Counted from the first letter of the stretch, positions 24,941 to 39,439 are shown. The stretch is 60,000 nt of DNA from Callorhinchus milii (GCF_018977255.1 NW_024704742.1:15006001-15066000); one strand, 5' to 3'. The notes: a model not told the origin generated them from the sequence alone. Translations and numbers: made by a program.

Positions 24941-26404
24941 TCCCCCCCGCCCCCCAGTAATTTCCTTCCATCTATCTGTCATTTACTCTTGTATCAAACT
25001 TCTATCAAATGATTGCATTATTTTTCCAGTCACCCTGGCTTTGGTTTATTTTCCTCTCGCCTCCGCACTTCAGTTATCAATATTAAACTTGCGTCGGCAA
25101 CTTTCTTCTCTACATTTGTATACAGTTTAGTTGCCCAGCAGGACTCGTGTTGATTTCAGCAGTCTCTGTAAGTGCTAAAGTGAGCCCCATGTGAAAGGCA
25201 CTGTTCACATCCACTCCTTCTGTGCAGAGGTATGGGCCAATTTGTAGGCATCATGCTGTGGCAGCCTTGTTAGGCCAAGTTGCTGGTATGTTATAGAACT
25301 CCCAAAATACCAATAATATTGACTTAGCAGAAAAGATGAAAGAATGTTGAACTATTACAACTGTTTCCCTTTGAGTAAAGCAATCATTTGAAACACTGAA
25401 CAAGATATTTCAACTTTTAATGCACTCCCTAATACACTATTTTCCTACTTAGTTTAGTGTATATCAATGCTCCCTTCATTTATTTTGCTTTAACTAATAT
25501 AATATATCTGTAAAAGTAACTACCTCATTCAATTAATGGTGAATCCAGACTTAGCCCACAGCATATGTCACATAGATTAAATGAAAAAAACACTTCATTA
25601 ATCACTTTTGCTTATTAATAAAATGACAATTCACTGAGTTAAGCAAAAGTGAAAGTTTCACGTTCTTTGTCTGAACTGATTAATAGCCCAATTCTTTACT
25701 CCAATAGTAAACTCTTAGTTTCTGTCAATTTGCTGAATTTGATTGCAGTGTTACAGCTTTGTGGATGTGATTTGTCAAAATTAATTTATAAAACCTAAAA
25801 TTTCATAGATGTGCAACAAGCCCTCAAACACAGATTGACTTTTTAAAAGGCTGAATGCAACGTTTTTGGAAAAGCAAAACATTTCTTAAGATTGTAATTT
25901 GAAATCTGCCAATTATATAATTTTTTGTAAAAACAATAGTTAAGAAAAAGATGCACAAATATACCAGAGATCCCCTCAGAGACTGATGTTTGCTTCACTC
26001 TGTTTCTTGTTTTCATTAATATATCTGCTGGGTTTTATCACAAGTAACAATGGGATCTAATTTGCAGTGAGATGTCAATATCCACTCCCAAGGTGCAAAT
26101 AGTGAATCCGACCAAATCATTCCCTCCACAGACTCAGCATAATGCCGCAGGATTTCTCCATGTCTATGATTCGCCCAAAAATACACAGTATAATACACTT
26201 TAATGTATATCCTGTGAAGCACTTTCAGACATCTCAACGAAGTGATAAAGAGTTATATCAAATGCAAGTTTTATTATTATGTTGAATCTACTCTGGTTGG
26301 CATTTGAGTGTACAGTGCTTTGGGATGCCCTCCAGACGTGAAAGGCACTCTATAAATGTCATTTTGTTGTTGTTATTGTTGTAGATAAACCAGGATACTG
26401 ATTT

Positions 26405-26613
26405 ACTGAGAGCTCCCCTCTCGACTCTCTTCCCCCTTTTCGCTCCCTCCCATCCCTCCCCTCACCCTAACCATTTCCCCCCTCCTCGCTCCCTCCTCTC
26501 CCTCTGACCATTTCCCCCCTGCTCGGGTCATGATCCAACTGTGCAGCGCCTTGGGACGTCCTCCTGACGTGAAAGGCGCTTTATAAATGGAATCTTGTGT
26601 TGTTGTTGTTGTT
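26405..26613 (+). mobile_element. L2 3' UTR and tail
   Basis: C/T-rich tract followed by CAGCGCCTTGGGACGTCCTCCTGACGTGAAAGGCGCT and (TTG)n. Confidence 0.85.
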
Positions 26614-26941
26614 AATTCCTAGATTGTGTCGATTTTATTAAATTAGTGCAAAGAGGAAAAGGGAAGCATAGAAGCATACAGGACAATGTCTGGAAGCTAT
26701 AGTGTGTCAGAGACATGGTCATATTCTGCAATATTTTATAAATGTGTCTCAAAACCACTTTGTTTTAACATAATAATGACAATAACAATACTTATATTTG
26801 ATACAATGCCTTACCACGTCATTCGGATATCTCAAAGTGCTTCACAGAATATACTGTAAAGTGAATTGTCTGTGTATTTTGTGGGCGAAACGCAGAAGCC
26901 GATTGTGCACAGCAACATTTAATTTAATTTAATGTAACGTT

Positions 26942-27130
26942 TAAGATCAGGCAGGGATTGTGAAAAATTCTGAAATTCAGTCTTAATTTGTAAGATGTTT
27001 CTTTTTGCAGGAATTGCAGGAAAGTCTATTTCTCCAAATTAAAAGTGAATTTGAGAATTTACCACAAATCTGCACAAGCTTAGGTTAGGGGACAAAATGG
27101 TCTCACAAGCTAAGACTCAATGGAATTTTA
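26942..27130. mobile_element. Palindromic MITE-like element, unclassified family
   Basis: Inverted arms 26958-26990 and 27035-27067 match at 28/33 positions. Homologous to 36723-36900, 48100-48197 and 59295-59528. Confidence 0.7.
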
Positions 27131-28478
27131 AGCTTCTGATTTACTACATACTGTGTCAAGGTATGAATTGGGTTCTGAAGCTCTACTGAATCTGAGACTG
27201 CCAGCAGCTCTGCTCTGCACCATACAGAATGTTACTGGAATCACCTCCTCTCCCGGGTCCCACACAGAACAGAAACAACAGCAGCTGAATTAAACTTAAC
27301 AAAAAGAAATGACTCAGAAAAGCTACTTTTAATTGGTACGCTCAAAGACTATACATTGAAAAGTAACAATATGTACATGTCTATAGAGATGTTAAGACAA
27401 GGCGCAGCTTAAAGAAAACCCCATGAAAGGAGTAAAACAACGACNAAAAAACAGACTGGCAATTGTAACCGCGGTGGTACTGAACAATGTGTCTTTTGGG
27501 GGATTTGGGCAAAATAAGCCACAGCAAAACAAAAGCATCTGACAACACAACCTACACAGGGCCTGAGATGCCCCGAAGGAACAAATAGCAGACTCCATTA
27601 CCAACTTGGTACAGGAAAGAGTGGAAGAAAAGGCAGCAGGGCCAACAGAGGCAATTTGCAACAACTACAGAAGAAAAGCAAAATATTTTGGTCCTTGGAG
27701 ATCCAGCCTTGGTTACTTCACTGCACTTCCACAAGCTGCTGTGCTGTTCAACGAACAAGTCCTTGTTGTGGTTTATGGGTCAACCTTGACTAATGTGTCA
27801 ACAGAGGGTGGCATTTGATTGTCCGTTATTATCAAAGTACCTTCAGTTATATCCATCTTTTACATTTGAATGTCATGGTGCTACATTTACTCAGATAAAA
27901 ATCATTTTTACAAGGTTTTGCCCCACAGAGATTTTACATATAAGCACATCTTTACTCATTGTAACTAGGTGCATTCGTCTTTAAAATAGTTGTTCACATA
28001 TTGTGTAATATTCTTCATCAAATGTAAGGATTATTATAATTATGTATAATAATCCCTAAATTTGATAAAGCACCTTATCACGTGTTCGAGACATCTCAAG
28101 ACGTTTCACGGAATATACTGGAAAGTGAATTGACTGTATATTACGTGGGCGAAACAATTATACTTGTAATTCAACTTTCTAGATGAAGGCCTCATTTTGC
28201 AACATTGTGAAAGGATTTGCAAATCCTGTAATAAATTGTGCCGGTACCCAAAAACATATAAACAACCCTCTGGAGCTGTGCTCGGGCTGTAATCTGATCA
28301 TGAATTGCATGAAGCCAGATTGCAGCCAAAGGAGGCTCTTGGCCAAGAGAGGAAATCCAGTGCTCTGGCCTGAGACACAACCTGAAGGATCTGCTATTTT
28401 TCTGCTATTATTTTGCAAATCTAAATAGACACCAGGATTACAAGATCTCACTGTTAGCATTTGTAGACTTCTGTAGGT

Positions 28479-28783
28479 GTGGAGTCCTATAGCTCAGTAG
28501 TTAGAGCTCTTGCCTTGTAAGCAAGAGACCTGGGTTCGTTTCCCAGCAGGGTGAAACCTTGGGCAACTTCATACGCCTGAAAATAATCCCTCAAGAAAAA
28601 AAAAGAATAATAAATTGGTCACGTCAATCCATGACTGTTTGTGGGACACTGCTGTGCGCAATTGTCTGCCGCGTTTGCCCACAAATATACAGTCAATTCA
28701 CTTTACAGTATATTCTGTGAAGCACTTTGACATGTCTAGAAGACGTGAAAAGCGCTATATCAAATGCAAGGATTATTATTTAT
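28479..28783 (+). mobile_element. tRNA-Ala SINE, short subfamily, more diverged
   Basis: Head, core and tail as at 13411, with a small deletion after the head. Confidence 0.93.
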
Positions 28784-29144
28784 TATTTTTCTCCATTCAT
28801 TAATATATTTTCTGGGTTATACAGAAACTAACATTCTTTTTTATTAAAGTTGGAAGATTGGCACTTTTATTTCGTAATTTTAATAAATAGCCAATGAAAG
28901 AGGAAACAATCTTGAAACCCACATTTTTCTTCACTGTTTGAGACATTGTTCCTAAATTGTTGGAATTAGAACACATGCAAATTTTGGTGGAGCATCAGAT
29001 GGGCCATTTGATGTAAAAGTTATTAAAACATGTTAATATTCCACTTTCAATCCATATATGTTTTGTTTTGAAAGGCAATTTTTTCAAAAACTATGGACAT
29101 TTCCAGTTAACTGTTACCTTGACAACCTGCTTAAACTTGCACTC

Positions 29145-29520
29145 TTTTCTCTGAATCATAAGATTGTGCGTTCAAGATCCACACTGGACTTTGAGTTCAC
29201 AGTCCAGGCTGAGTCTCCAGTGAGGTACTGGGGGAAGTGTTGGATTATTAGAGATGCCATTTTCAAGTGACACATTGATCTGAGGTGTCATCTGCCTGTT
29301 GGGTTGGATTTTAAAGATCTCATGGCACTTTCAAAAGGAGAACAGAGTTCCTCCAGATGTCTTGACCAACAACCAGATAATATTGGTTATTCACTTCACT
29401 TCATATCCATATGTAGCACATTGCTGTGTGCAAATTGGCATTTTTGTATAATATACCATCACTAAACTCTAAAGTACATCCTGTGAAGTGCTTTTAGATG
29501 TTTCGACCCCGTGTTAAGAT
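29145..29520 (+). mobile_element. Old Deu-type SINE
   Basis: GTCCAGGCTGA..CTCCAGTG...GATGCC...TCTGCCTGTT...AAAGATCTCATGGCAC...TTGCTGTGTGCAAATTGGC. Confidence 0.82.
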
Positions 29521-31080
29521 TCTAAAATATCCTGTGTGAAGGGTGCTATATAAATGCAAGTTATTGTTGTTGTTGTTAGTTGATTGGTGGATCACTTTTT
29601 CAGGGGTAATAATCAGTTAAAAAAATAAAATGATAATATAGTCACTCAAATCCACAACTGTTTGTGAGACACTGCTGTGGGCAATTGGCTGCCATGTTTT
29701 GCCCACAAAATATATAGTCAATTTACTTTACAGTATATTCTATGAAGTGCTTTGAGACTATGTGAAGTGCTTTGAGATATCTTGGAGATGTGATAAGGTG
29801 CAATATCAAATGCAAAGATTATTATAATTAAGAAAAATGAACTTTTACTAAAGGTTTTTGATAGAAAATGGGTGTATATAGTATTCATACAGGGAGTCTG
29901 AAATACAATTCTGAGCGTAAAATAAACTTGTAACTTTCCATTTAAATGTACACAGCACAACAGTATGGTTGTTGTGTTTGCACCAGAAACAAGTTTAACA
30001 TTTTTTGTCGAAGACGAGAAATGTCATAATATACATCCACGGGACAACAGGTAAAATGGGATTTGAAGTTAATAGGATTGGATTTGGGGCCTTTTACATG
30101 TCTCTGCATATAGTTACTGAAAGAGTCTAATTTCATTCAGACGCCTGATCAATTAACAAAATTTTACTGCCATAGTTTGTCTTGATACTAATTCCCACTG
30201 GCACTCTGAGGGAGCCAGTCATTAAAACCAAAAACTATAAAAAAAGTGTAATTTTTATTCACAGTTTTGGGAAAGTAATGTTATGGGCCATTTTCACAAA
30301 TTGACAGAATGTAAAAAATAACTGTATGCAGAAGCTTTATGTTTAAAAACAATTGTGGCATAGTTTTTGTTCTGCCAGGTCCCTCACTGTTGCATAAAGA
30401 ACCTAAAGAACACAACCAGTGCATTCTATGACTCAACTCTTTAGAAATGTCAAGACTTTGACTTGCTTAACAGTGCCAGTCCTTACAGAACAGACACGCT
30501 CATGTAAGCCTACACAAACACAGTTACTTGAATCCATGATAACATAGAACAGAACTCCACTGGTGCTTCCCTAAGGCAAACATTTAATAAATGCATTAAA
30601 GCAGAGGAGGAGAAGGGAAGAAAAATTCAGTATCAACAAAAATGCAGAGGAAATGAATTTATTTTAAATGGGGGCAAATACATAGAATCGAAGCACTTTC
30701 TTTTACATCAAGTGTGAAGCTTTTGATTGAGAAACATTTATGAACTTTATGCAAAATTAGGCTAAAGTGATTCTCGTTTAGTAAATAGTTAAATCTTGAG
30801 AGGTGGGCAGGTCTTATTCCCCTCAGGTCAGGAAATCCCACTTCAAGTGCACACTGGCAAAGTTGGTAAATTTACAGAGAACCAGAAATGATCATCTCTC
30901 TGCTCCAACAGGTGATTTAACAAGAATAGAGTGGTCATGGCTATTGTATCACATACTGTTGTTTTCTCACTCGAAAGACTGGAAGAGGCTTCTGTTGGAA
31001 GACATGATATGTTGCTTCTTTTTGGTAACCTTGAATGTGTTTCCTGGTTGATGACTCCAAATGTACTTTGGTTCAATTTT

Positions 31081-31512
31081 ATAATGATAATAATCCTTGT
31101 ATTTGGTACAGCACCTTTCATGTCAGTAGGACATCTCAAAATGCTTCATAAGATTTACTGTAAAGTGGAGTGTCTCTTTGTTTTATGGGAGAATGATTTA
31201 GTCAACTTGCACACAACGAACAGCCAGAGAGTGGATGACCAATTTTTGGTGGGGGATTGTTGGCCAGGGCACAGTGAGAGAGAATCTCCCTTTGCTTTAT
31301 GAATAGTGCCCTGGGATCCTTAACCTCCACCTGAAAAGGTAGATTGGCCTCAGTTTTAATGTTTCATCTAAAGAAAGGTACCTCCAACATTGCAGCACAT
31401 CCCAGAACTGTATTAGAATGTCAACTTAGACTACATGAGTTCCAAGTCCTAATGTGGTGCTTGAACCCACAACATTCTGACTCAGCGGCAATCAACTGAG
31501 CCAGGCTGACAT
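31081..31512 (-). mobile_element. Old Deu-type SINE, full length
   Basis: Reverse tail at 31081 and reverse head AACTGAGCCAGGCTGACA at about 31494-31511. Confidence 0.87.
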
Positions 31513-32144
31513 CCATTTTTGTTTCGCAAAATATTCCTCTGCATAACGTTTGTTTATGCCATGTACTGCCAATACTCATTTCAGGAATGTGTATTGCAGT
31601 CATGTATGCATTTTAAAGCATTTGTCAATCCTTGTGATCAGCAATCATAAGTTCCAAAAGGGTTAGGATTGATTTTCAAAATTCTTACAAAGTTGAATGT
31701 TAACAAGATCCTCAACTCATGCTTATTTATAGCACACTTTTGCTTCAATTTGATACAAAAATAGCACTGAATCAGTGCTAAAAATGCTGGATAAATATTA
31801 TTCATGCTTTGTGATCTTGAAGCAAATTACCCTGGAAACCACCTGCCTAGTCCACTGTCAAAAAGTAGTTTTTGTCAGGAAATTAATTTCCCTAGCTCTA
31901 GATTTTTTTTGTCAGTCATGTGTCTGACACATGTAGAACCTCTCATCATGCTTATGAGTATTGAAACAAAACTGAGAGTTCCACATTTGCATGTCACCCC
32001 AAATGTGCATTGGGGTACTTCTGGATTTTAACCAAATAAACCTGTATAGCTTGCCATTGAACATAGCATCTGCCAAGCTGCCTGCTGCTTGTCTAGCTAG
32101 GACTACCCTACATATTTGGCTTTGACTTGCAGGGTTAACAGGAG

Positions 32145-32312
32145 TGGGAAGAATCCATGATATGGGAAAATATTACTTGGGAAAGAATCCCTAATATGGG
32201 AAAATATTACTTGGGAAAATATTACTTGTGCATTGTTATCTTGAAGAATATTACTTGTGCATTGCTATCTTGAAGAATATTACTTGTGCATTGCTATCTT
32301 GAAGAAAATTAC
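32145..32312. repeat. Compound tandem repeat (about 35 bp x2, then 29 bp x3)
   Basis: GAATCC..ATATGGGAAAATATTACTTGGGAA twice. AATATTACTTGTGCATTG(T/C)TATCTTGAAG at 32218, 32247 and 32276. Confidence 0.95.
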
Positions 32313-33866
32313 TCTTTCGATCATCAACAGTACGCTGGAGTACTGCAGATCCGCCTGGCTGTGTAGCTTTAGCTGTAGCTGGACTACCGAGGTTTCTGTA
32401 AAGGATTGACTTGATCCCAATAGTCCACTGCCAGGCATTGCACCCTGGAGTCAGCTCAGTCCCAAGAAAACCCTGTTTTCCTCTACCACTACTCCCCTCC
32501 CCTTCCTCATCCCTCCCCAACAAAAGTCTCAGGTATACATGGAGACAAATGAATCAATTGAATTTCTATTCAAAAAATATGGTCCCTTACAGTTTAAGAG
32601 AATCCCACATTTATTTTTTGTATTGTTATTAAAGAGCTGGACAATATCAGAATCTAGTTATATGAAAACATTGCAAGCATTCAGCACTGGTTACTGGAAT
32701 TCTGCACTTGAGCTCAGTTGTAAGGAGAGCTCTCTTTTGGAAGAACAAATGTAAACTCTGTTTCTTGGTTAAAAATTGCTTCACTCATTCAATTCTTCAT
32801 TAGATACTCTTAAGCATGGTGATGGGTTTCCACATGTGTCAGACACATGGCTGACCCCCCAAAACTGCTTCACTGTTGGAAGTGATTTCAAATTGTTTCC
32901 AGCAGTAAAAACAGGGAATGAAACAAACCCCAAACTAACCACCTCTATGAATTCTACAGTATATTGTGCAAAGATAATGACTGATGATGGCTGTAAATCT
33001 CAGCATGGGGGTGGAGGGGGATGACTAAAGGACAATTGTAATTTCTTGGAGCATCACCCTGCGTTTCATGACATGATCTAAAACCCTTTGTGAGATGTCT
33101 AGGTTCTAAACACTGGGCATCCACATAAAGCTATGTGGTGCAGCCTTGGGCCAGCACAATATAGCTGTTTGTGATCAGTAATATGTAACTGCGTCTACAT
33201 GGACATGTAAACTCTGCCCCTATACAAGGATTGACCACATAAAAGTGTAACCAGTTCAATGCATTGTCTGCATCAGTAACAGACTTCCTCTATGAGTCAT
33301 ACACTCTATGCCAAATAATAGATGACTGTGAGAATGATACAAGACAAATCCAGAAATGTCTCATGCTCTCTGTATATCTAGGTTAATAAGATATTACGAG
33401 TAAGCTGTGAGGCTCTGACTCATCAGGGGAAGAAAAACACAGCCGGAAATTATTAATGCTGCAAACCTTGATTTGAAGAGTTGCTTAAATCCTTTTTAGA
33501 GATTGTTTCTAACTATTTTGATTCACTGTCTCAGCCCAGATTGCAATGTTTTTAATAACAGGTCATTGGATAGCCAAGAGCATAACAACCAGTTTTAGAA
33601 AAACACTTGAAGAAGAATTCAATTTGTTTTGAAATGTAATCCGATCAGCGAGTTGGATATCAATAAAGAAGGGCCCAGAGGGCAGAGGCCAGAGAGCACA
33701 AGGAACCTGCTAATTGCCCTAACTAGGAGTCTGGAACCTGTCAGAAGTGATAGAAACCTGTCAGATTAACTAAGGTTTACAATCCAGCTTTAAAGTTAAT
33801 TCTGTGCTTTACCAAATGTTGTGGAGGAGACATCAACAGCTCTGATTATTACTACCTGTCCCACTG

Positions 33867-34196
33867 AGCACATCTAGTGAAAATGTATGTATTGCAAACA
33901 TGTGTGCGAATGGTGAACATTGGGGCACCTTCCGAAAGCAGCAAGTGCACCTTATCAGGGAGTGTGCGGGCGGGCACATGGATATGGTGTACACAGGGGC
34001 GACTCCCGACTGTTTTAAAGGAAGTGTCCCAAATAATGTGTGAACAACATATTTGCGGTGAAGAAATGTACCGTAAACAAAGGAATGTTTTTTGTATTGG
34101 GAGAAAGGGGAAAATTGTAACAGATTACTGTTGTACTAAATATTATATATTTAAATAAATACATATTTTCAAAGAAAAATTAAGCACATCTAGTGA
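33867..34196 (+). mobile_element. TSD-flanked retroposed insert (L1/Tx1 3' end or mRNA 3'UTR retrocopy)
   Basis: Exact 14-bp direct repeat AGCACATCTAGTGA at 33867 and 34183. AATAAA and an A-rich stretch lie just before the right copy. Confidence 0.65.
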
Positions 34197-34709
34197 GTAT
34201 TTGTGCATCTATGCTGTATATTGTGCTTCTATTAAAATATGTTTGAGGATCATATATTTTACATGGAGGGAAAACTGCTCTCCATTCTGACATGAAGAGA
34301 CATCTCCCACTCTGGTGGTCAACACATAACAATAAAATAATGCTTGCATTTAATGTAGCACGCCTAATCACAGCTAACCATCTCAAAGTGTTGACAGAGT
34401 GAATTACTTTGAAGTCCAATGACTGTTGTTACCCAGGACACCTTTCCTCTCATTAAATCACTGTCCTCCCGTCATGAAAGGCACTATACAAATGGAATTT
34501 GTTGTTGTTGTTTCATTGAACTAAATCATTTTAGATTGTTTAGCGTGGCTTAATTTTCAATGATTTACAAAGTGTGAACAATAAAACTTCTAAAGTTTCA
34601 AGCATTTTGATTGTCTAGGAGTAAATAAGCAGCATGTCATTTTATTCAGCAATTTTATGTTACAATCTGCTTTGTGTTTGATTTGATTTTCAACTTTGAA
34701 ATAATAAAC

Positions 34710-35250
34710 TGTCAGCTTGGTTCAGTCCGCAGCGCACACTCTCACATCGGAGTCAGCCATTCATGTGTTCTACCTGTACTTTGAACTTGTAGTCTTGGTT
34801 GACACTCCAATACAGTGCTGAGGGTGCTCTGTACTGTTGGAGGTGCCATCCTTCAAATAACCTATTATACCAAGGACCCATCTGCCTGTTCAGGTGGATG
34901 TTAATGATCCCATAGTATGATTCTAAAAAAGAAGGGAGTTTCTCCTGGGGTTCTGGTTAACAATTCTCTGGATACAACTGGTCATTCATTTTATGACAAT
35001 TGTGAGGCATTGCTGAGCACAAACTGGCTGCCATGTTCACTTAAAAATACACAATCACACACTTTACAATAAATTTTGTGAAGCACTTTCAGATATTTTG
35101 CCCTGATTATTTGTGTTTTGCAGAGATTCTGACTCAGGCAGGTCTTAATTCAATATTCTCACCTACAAATACACAGACACACCACATTACAATATCTTCT
35201 ATGGAGCACTTTGAGATGTATCAACGATCTGATAAGGCGATATGTCAAAT
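34710..35250 (+). mobile_element. Old Deu-type SINE, full length with duplicated tail region
   Basis: GTCAGCTTGGTTCAGT head, TGTTGGAGGTGCC, CTGCCTGTTCAGGTGGATGTTAA and two tail-like segments. Confidence 0.85.
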
Positions 35251-35289
35251 GCAAATTGCAAGGAGTCATCATTCCTATCCATAAAACCT

Positions 35290-36713
35290 CTCCAACCTCC
35301 CTATCTTCTCCAAGGTCCTGGAACGAGTTGTTGCTTCGCTCCTTCCTCTTCCACCATTCCCTTCATGAACCTCTCCAATCAGATTTCTGTGCCGCACACA
35401 GCACAGAAACAGCACTGGTTAAAGTGACAAATGATATTCTGTCCATCTACAGCTAGGGCTCCCTCTGCCTCCTCGTCCTCCTTGACCTCTCTTCTGCTTT
35501 TGACACTGTCGACCACTCTATCCTCATCCACCGCCTCTCCTCTCACCTCAACATTCACGGGGCTGTCCTTGATTGGTTCAGATCGTACCTCTCACACCGC
35601 CTCCACTTCATCTCCACAAACGGTTTCTCCTCTATCCTTGGAACCATCTCATGTGGCGTTCCTCAGGCCTCTGTCCTTGGTCCCCTCCTCTTCAATAACT
35701 ATATGCTCCCTCGTGGTGACATCATCCGCAGACATGGGGTCCATTTCCACATGTATGCTGATGACATCCAACTCTACCTCTCTGCCTCCACCCTTGACTC
35801 CAGGACCACTGTTCTACTGACAGATTGTCTGTTGGACATCAAGTCCTGGATGAGTGCTAATTTTCTTCAATTGAACGTCAACAAGACCGAGGCTCTCCTG
35901 ATTGTCTCTCGTTAGCACCTCCTCACCTCAGGCACTGACAGCATCACCATCCAAGGATGCAAACTCCACCTTGCTAAGCCAGTCCGGAATCTTTGGGTCT
36001 TATTTGACCCTCGACTATCCATTCTACCCCACATCTGTGCCATGACCTGCTCTGCCTTCCCCCACTTCCGCAACACCGCCCAGCGCCAACACTGTCTCAC
36101 ACTGCAGGCCGCCGAAACCGTCATACATGCCTTAATGACATCAAGGCTCGACTATGAAAACTCCCTGCTTGTTGGCCACCCAACTCCTCCCTCAATAGGC
36201 TGCAGATCATCTAAAACTCTGCAGCCCGTGTCCTCTCCCGCACCAGGCTCCTTGACCCTATCACCCCCATCCTCGCCCAACTCCACTGGCTTCCCATCAC
36301 ACAGAGCATACATTTCAAGATCCTGGACCTCACCTTCAAATCCCTCCATGGTTTTGTACCCCTCCTAACACCCTACCATCCTGCTCGCTCCCTCTGCTCA
36401 GCGGGCTCTGGCCTGCTTCATGTCCCTCACCTCGCTCACCCCACTATTGGCGGACGAGCCTTCTGCCACTCTGACCCCACCCTCTGGAACTCCATCCCGC
36501 AGTCCCTCCGCCTCGCACCCTCCCTTGCCTCCTTCAAAACCCATCTCAAGACCCTTCTCTTCAACTGTGCTTTCGATCTCCCTGCTTCCCGCCCTACCCT
36601 CCACCCTCTCCCACCTCGACCCTCAGCTCGGATCTGAAACTCTGTCTGTCCAGCACCTTGGGACGTCGTCCCGGCGTGAAAGGCGCTATACAGATGTAAT
36701 TTTGTTGTTGTTG
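35290..36713 (+). mobile_element. L2 LINE, 5'-truncated, RT domain to tail (longest L2 here)
   Basis: SNLP..SKVLE, QSDF.A.HSTETALVKVTND, LLDLSSAFDTVDH, GVPQ.SVLGP and MYADDIQLY motifs across frameshifts, ending in a (TTG)n tail. Confidence 0.97.
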
Positions 36714-36722
36714 TATTATCAT

Positions 36723-36900
36723 AAAATTTAGGATCATGCAAAATTTTTTAAAAATTGATAAATTCAGTCTCTATATCAAAGCCTTTGTTTCTGCAATACC
36801 CAAAAATGATGGCATCGGAAATGAGACTCAGTTTAAGAATTTTCCAAAATTCTGCACAATCATAAGTTTTAATTCAATGATCTTAAGCCACAGACCATGA
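36723..36900. mobile_element. Palindromic MITE-like element, same family as 26942
   Basis: Inverted arms 36737-36771 and 36823-36856 match at 27/35 positions and extend outward to 36723 and 36870. Confidence 0.7.
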
Positions 36901-39439
36901 AAATATGTGGGCCCCTTGATGAGCTGTACATGTTGGTTAACCTCACCGTTTAAATTATCATTCAACAGAACATTCTTCAGAGAAATTACTGTATGCAAAC
37001 AGCTGCAAGTTTGTGTGTATCAAAAGGAGAAACGGACATGGGAGTGAAATGCAATGTTTTACAATAATGATGTTTTTAAACAGTTTCAAAGGCAAAATCT
37101 TCATATTCCAAGCTGTGCTCCAAATGATGAACCAAAACATAATAGCTTAAACCGCCTAAACTAACATATCGCACATTGTCAAACGTTTACATAATGTAAA
37201 TTAAGTCCTGTGCTAATTCAGTCCACACCATTCCAAAAAAAGGGTGAACGAAGAATATTATTGCACTGTTGCCAAAAGTTAGAACATCTTGAAGTTTGTT
37301 CTGCAAAACTCAGAGGAGATGCACAGTAACGAGCTATTTTTCCTCTGGAGTCATCATAGTGCAATCCCGAATTTTACCACATTTTTACTCTAGAGCTTTA
37401 TGATCACTTCCTCCTTATAATAATAAACAGATACAACACAGGAAAAGTTAAAGTTAAACAATCTAGCAGCACAAGTGATGGATAGGTCCATATTGGCCGA
37501 GGTAATGACCAGGCTACAAGGGCTGCCCGTTGCATGTATGCAGAGGTCACTGTGCTTGTGACCAGTTGGTTGCTGAAGGTCCTGATCTCAGTCAAACTGT
37601 GCAGCCTTCTCTGCCCTGCCATTTATCAGCTCCTGCTACTAAAGAAAAACTGAAGACTCCAGCAGCGGTGAGAGACACTGTCTAATTGAACACTCAGGCC
37701 AACGTGTGATCTGCCTCTTAGCATTAAGTGTACATCATCCAAGTGCCAATAATCGCTATCAGATGCCCTTTGATCCTGCATTCTTCTCCGGAAGATGCTG
37801 TATGAGCAAAACAAATAGTCTAAACAGTCAAGGTAATTCGTTCAATTCTAATCTTGTAATTAACCACTTGAAATATTTGTTACATTAATGAATGGTAAAT
37901 ACCATACACTTTTTAAATGAAAAGTAGAATACATATTTTAAATCTGAATGAATATATATTGTGCAAAACCTTGGCTGGTATTATATAATGAAATATTTTA
38001 ATTGTGAATGTGGTTTCCTTGGTTGTATAACAACGAGAACAAAACACATCATGATTCCTGAGCAGGAGGATTGTTTTCAATGGAGAATAAAATATTAACT
38101 TGTGTTGTCTATGCTTCAAAATAACCAATTCAGTTCATATTTACATAATAATAATAACATAGAAACTTTCGGGTTAGAGGACGTCTCAAAGGACTTCACA
38201 CAGCTAACAGAGCACCTACGTTGGGAGGGGAGAGAGGGTTGAGAAGGGTGGGGTGGGGAAGATGATCAAAAGGACGATGAAAGAGATAGGTCTTAAACCA
38301 CATAGTACAACAACAACAAGATTACATTTGTATAGTGCCTTTCACGTCGGGAGAACGTCCCAAGGCACTGGATAGTGTACAGCGGTAGTGGTTTAATTGC
38401 AAATAAAAAAGATTGCAAACTTAAGATTGAAAATTATACAAATCACTTTTCAGTCCACAAATATTTAACAAGGTGTGTTACTAAAATATCATTGATCAAG
38501 TACAGTTATCGGATTTCAAGCAGATCAAGGAAAATCCTTGCGGCATTTACTTCACATCTCCATGACTTTCTCTATCCATTAATAATCTGCTTTTACAGTA
38601 TCATTTATAACTCAATTACTGAATTTATATCTTACACTAATGATAAAAAAATTTGATTTTAGCCTCCAATGAAAAGTATAAATCAGCAGATAATAAAGTT
38701 CCTGGAACCGAATAAATGAATAAAAGCCTCAGGGTTTGCTTCAAAAGCATTAAGGTCTGTCAAATAAAATAAAATATAAATGATTGTTTTGTGATCATGT
38801 TTTGCTTGATTAATACTAACCTGAACAGCAAGATTTCAGTGATCAATGGCTGAATGCATTGTACTAACAAATACAGTATATTTCACCAACTTATTGACAC
38901 CTGCACATTATATCACAACTGAATGATATGGATGTTCCTCAGGAGAGAGAAAAAACCTACGGATTTCACTGTGCTCTAAGAAGTTTTCTGTTTATTTTAT
39001 ACATTCTCAACTCTAAACAGGAAATTCCACAATGGCAACTTGACATAGATGTCTCCCATTAGAAATTTGACACATGGAGCTTACCTTTACTCGCAGATGT
39101 ATGATTTGATGTTTTTCCATCTATCCATCTGTTTTTCTTTCAAAGAGTTGGGATTTTTTTTCAGTGACCATTGCCTTATATGGGATTCTTGTTTAGGCTT
39201 CATACATACTATCAACACATGAGTGTACTGAATGAGCACATTATAATGTCCTCTGAAAGCACGAAACATATTTGAATGTATAAATAACTGCAGTTTATTT
39301 TTAAAACTTGTTACTGCATCTGCATGCTTTTATTCCAAGTAGGCCGCTGCAATAGTGTACGGATGAATAATTCAGTGTATTTTGTAACAAATAATATGGG
39401 AAATCACAGAATAATTGATAGCCGGCAGGGAGTTGCACG

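Noticed and set aside
27392..27818. Cluster of short ORFs around an ambiguous base (n at 27445)
   Set aside because: No recognisable domain or splice structure. It may be an old repeat remnant.
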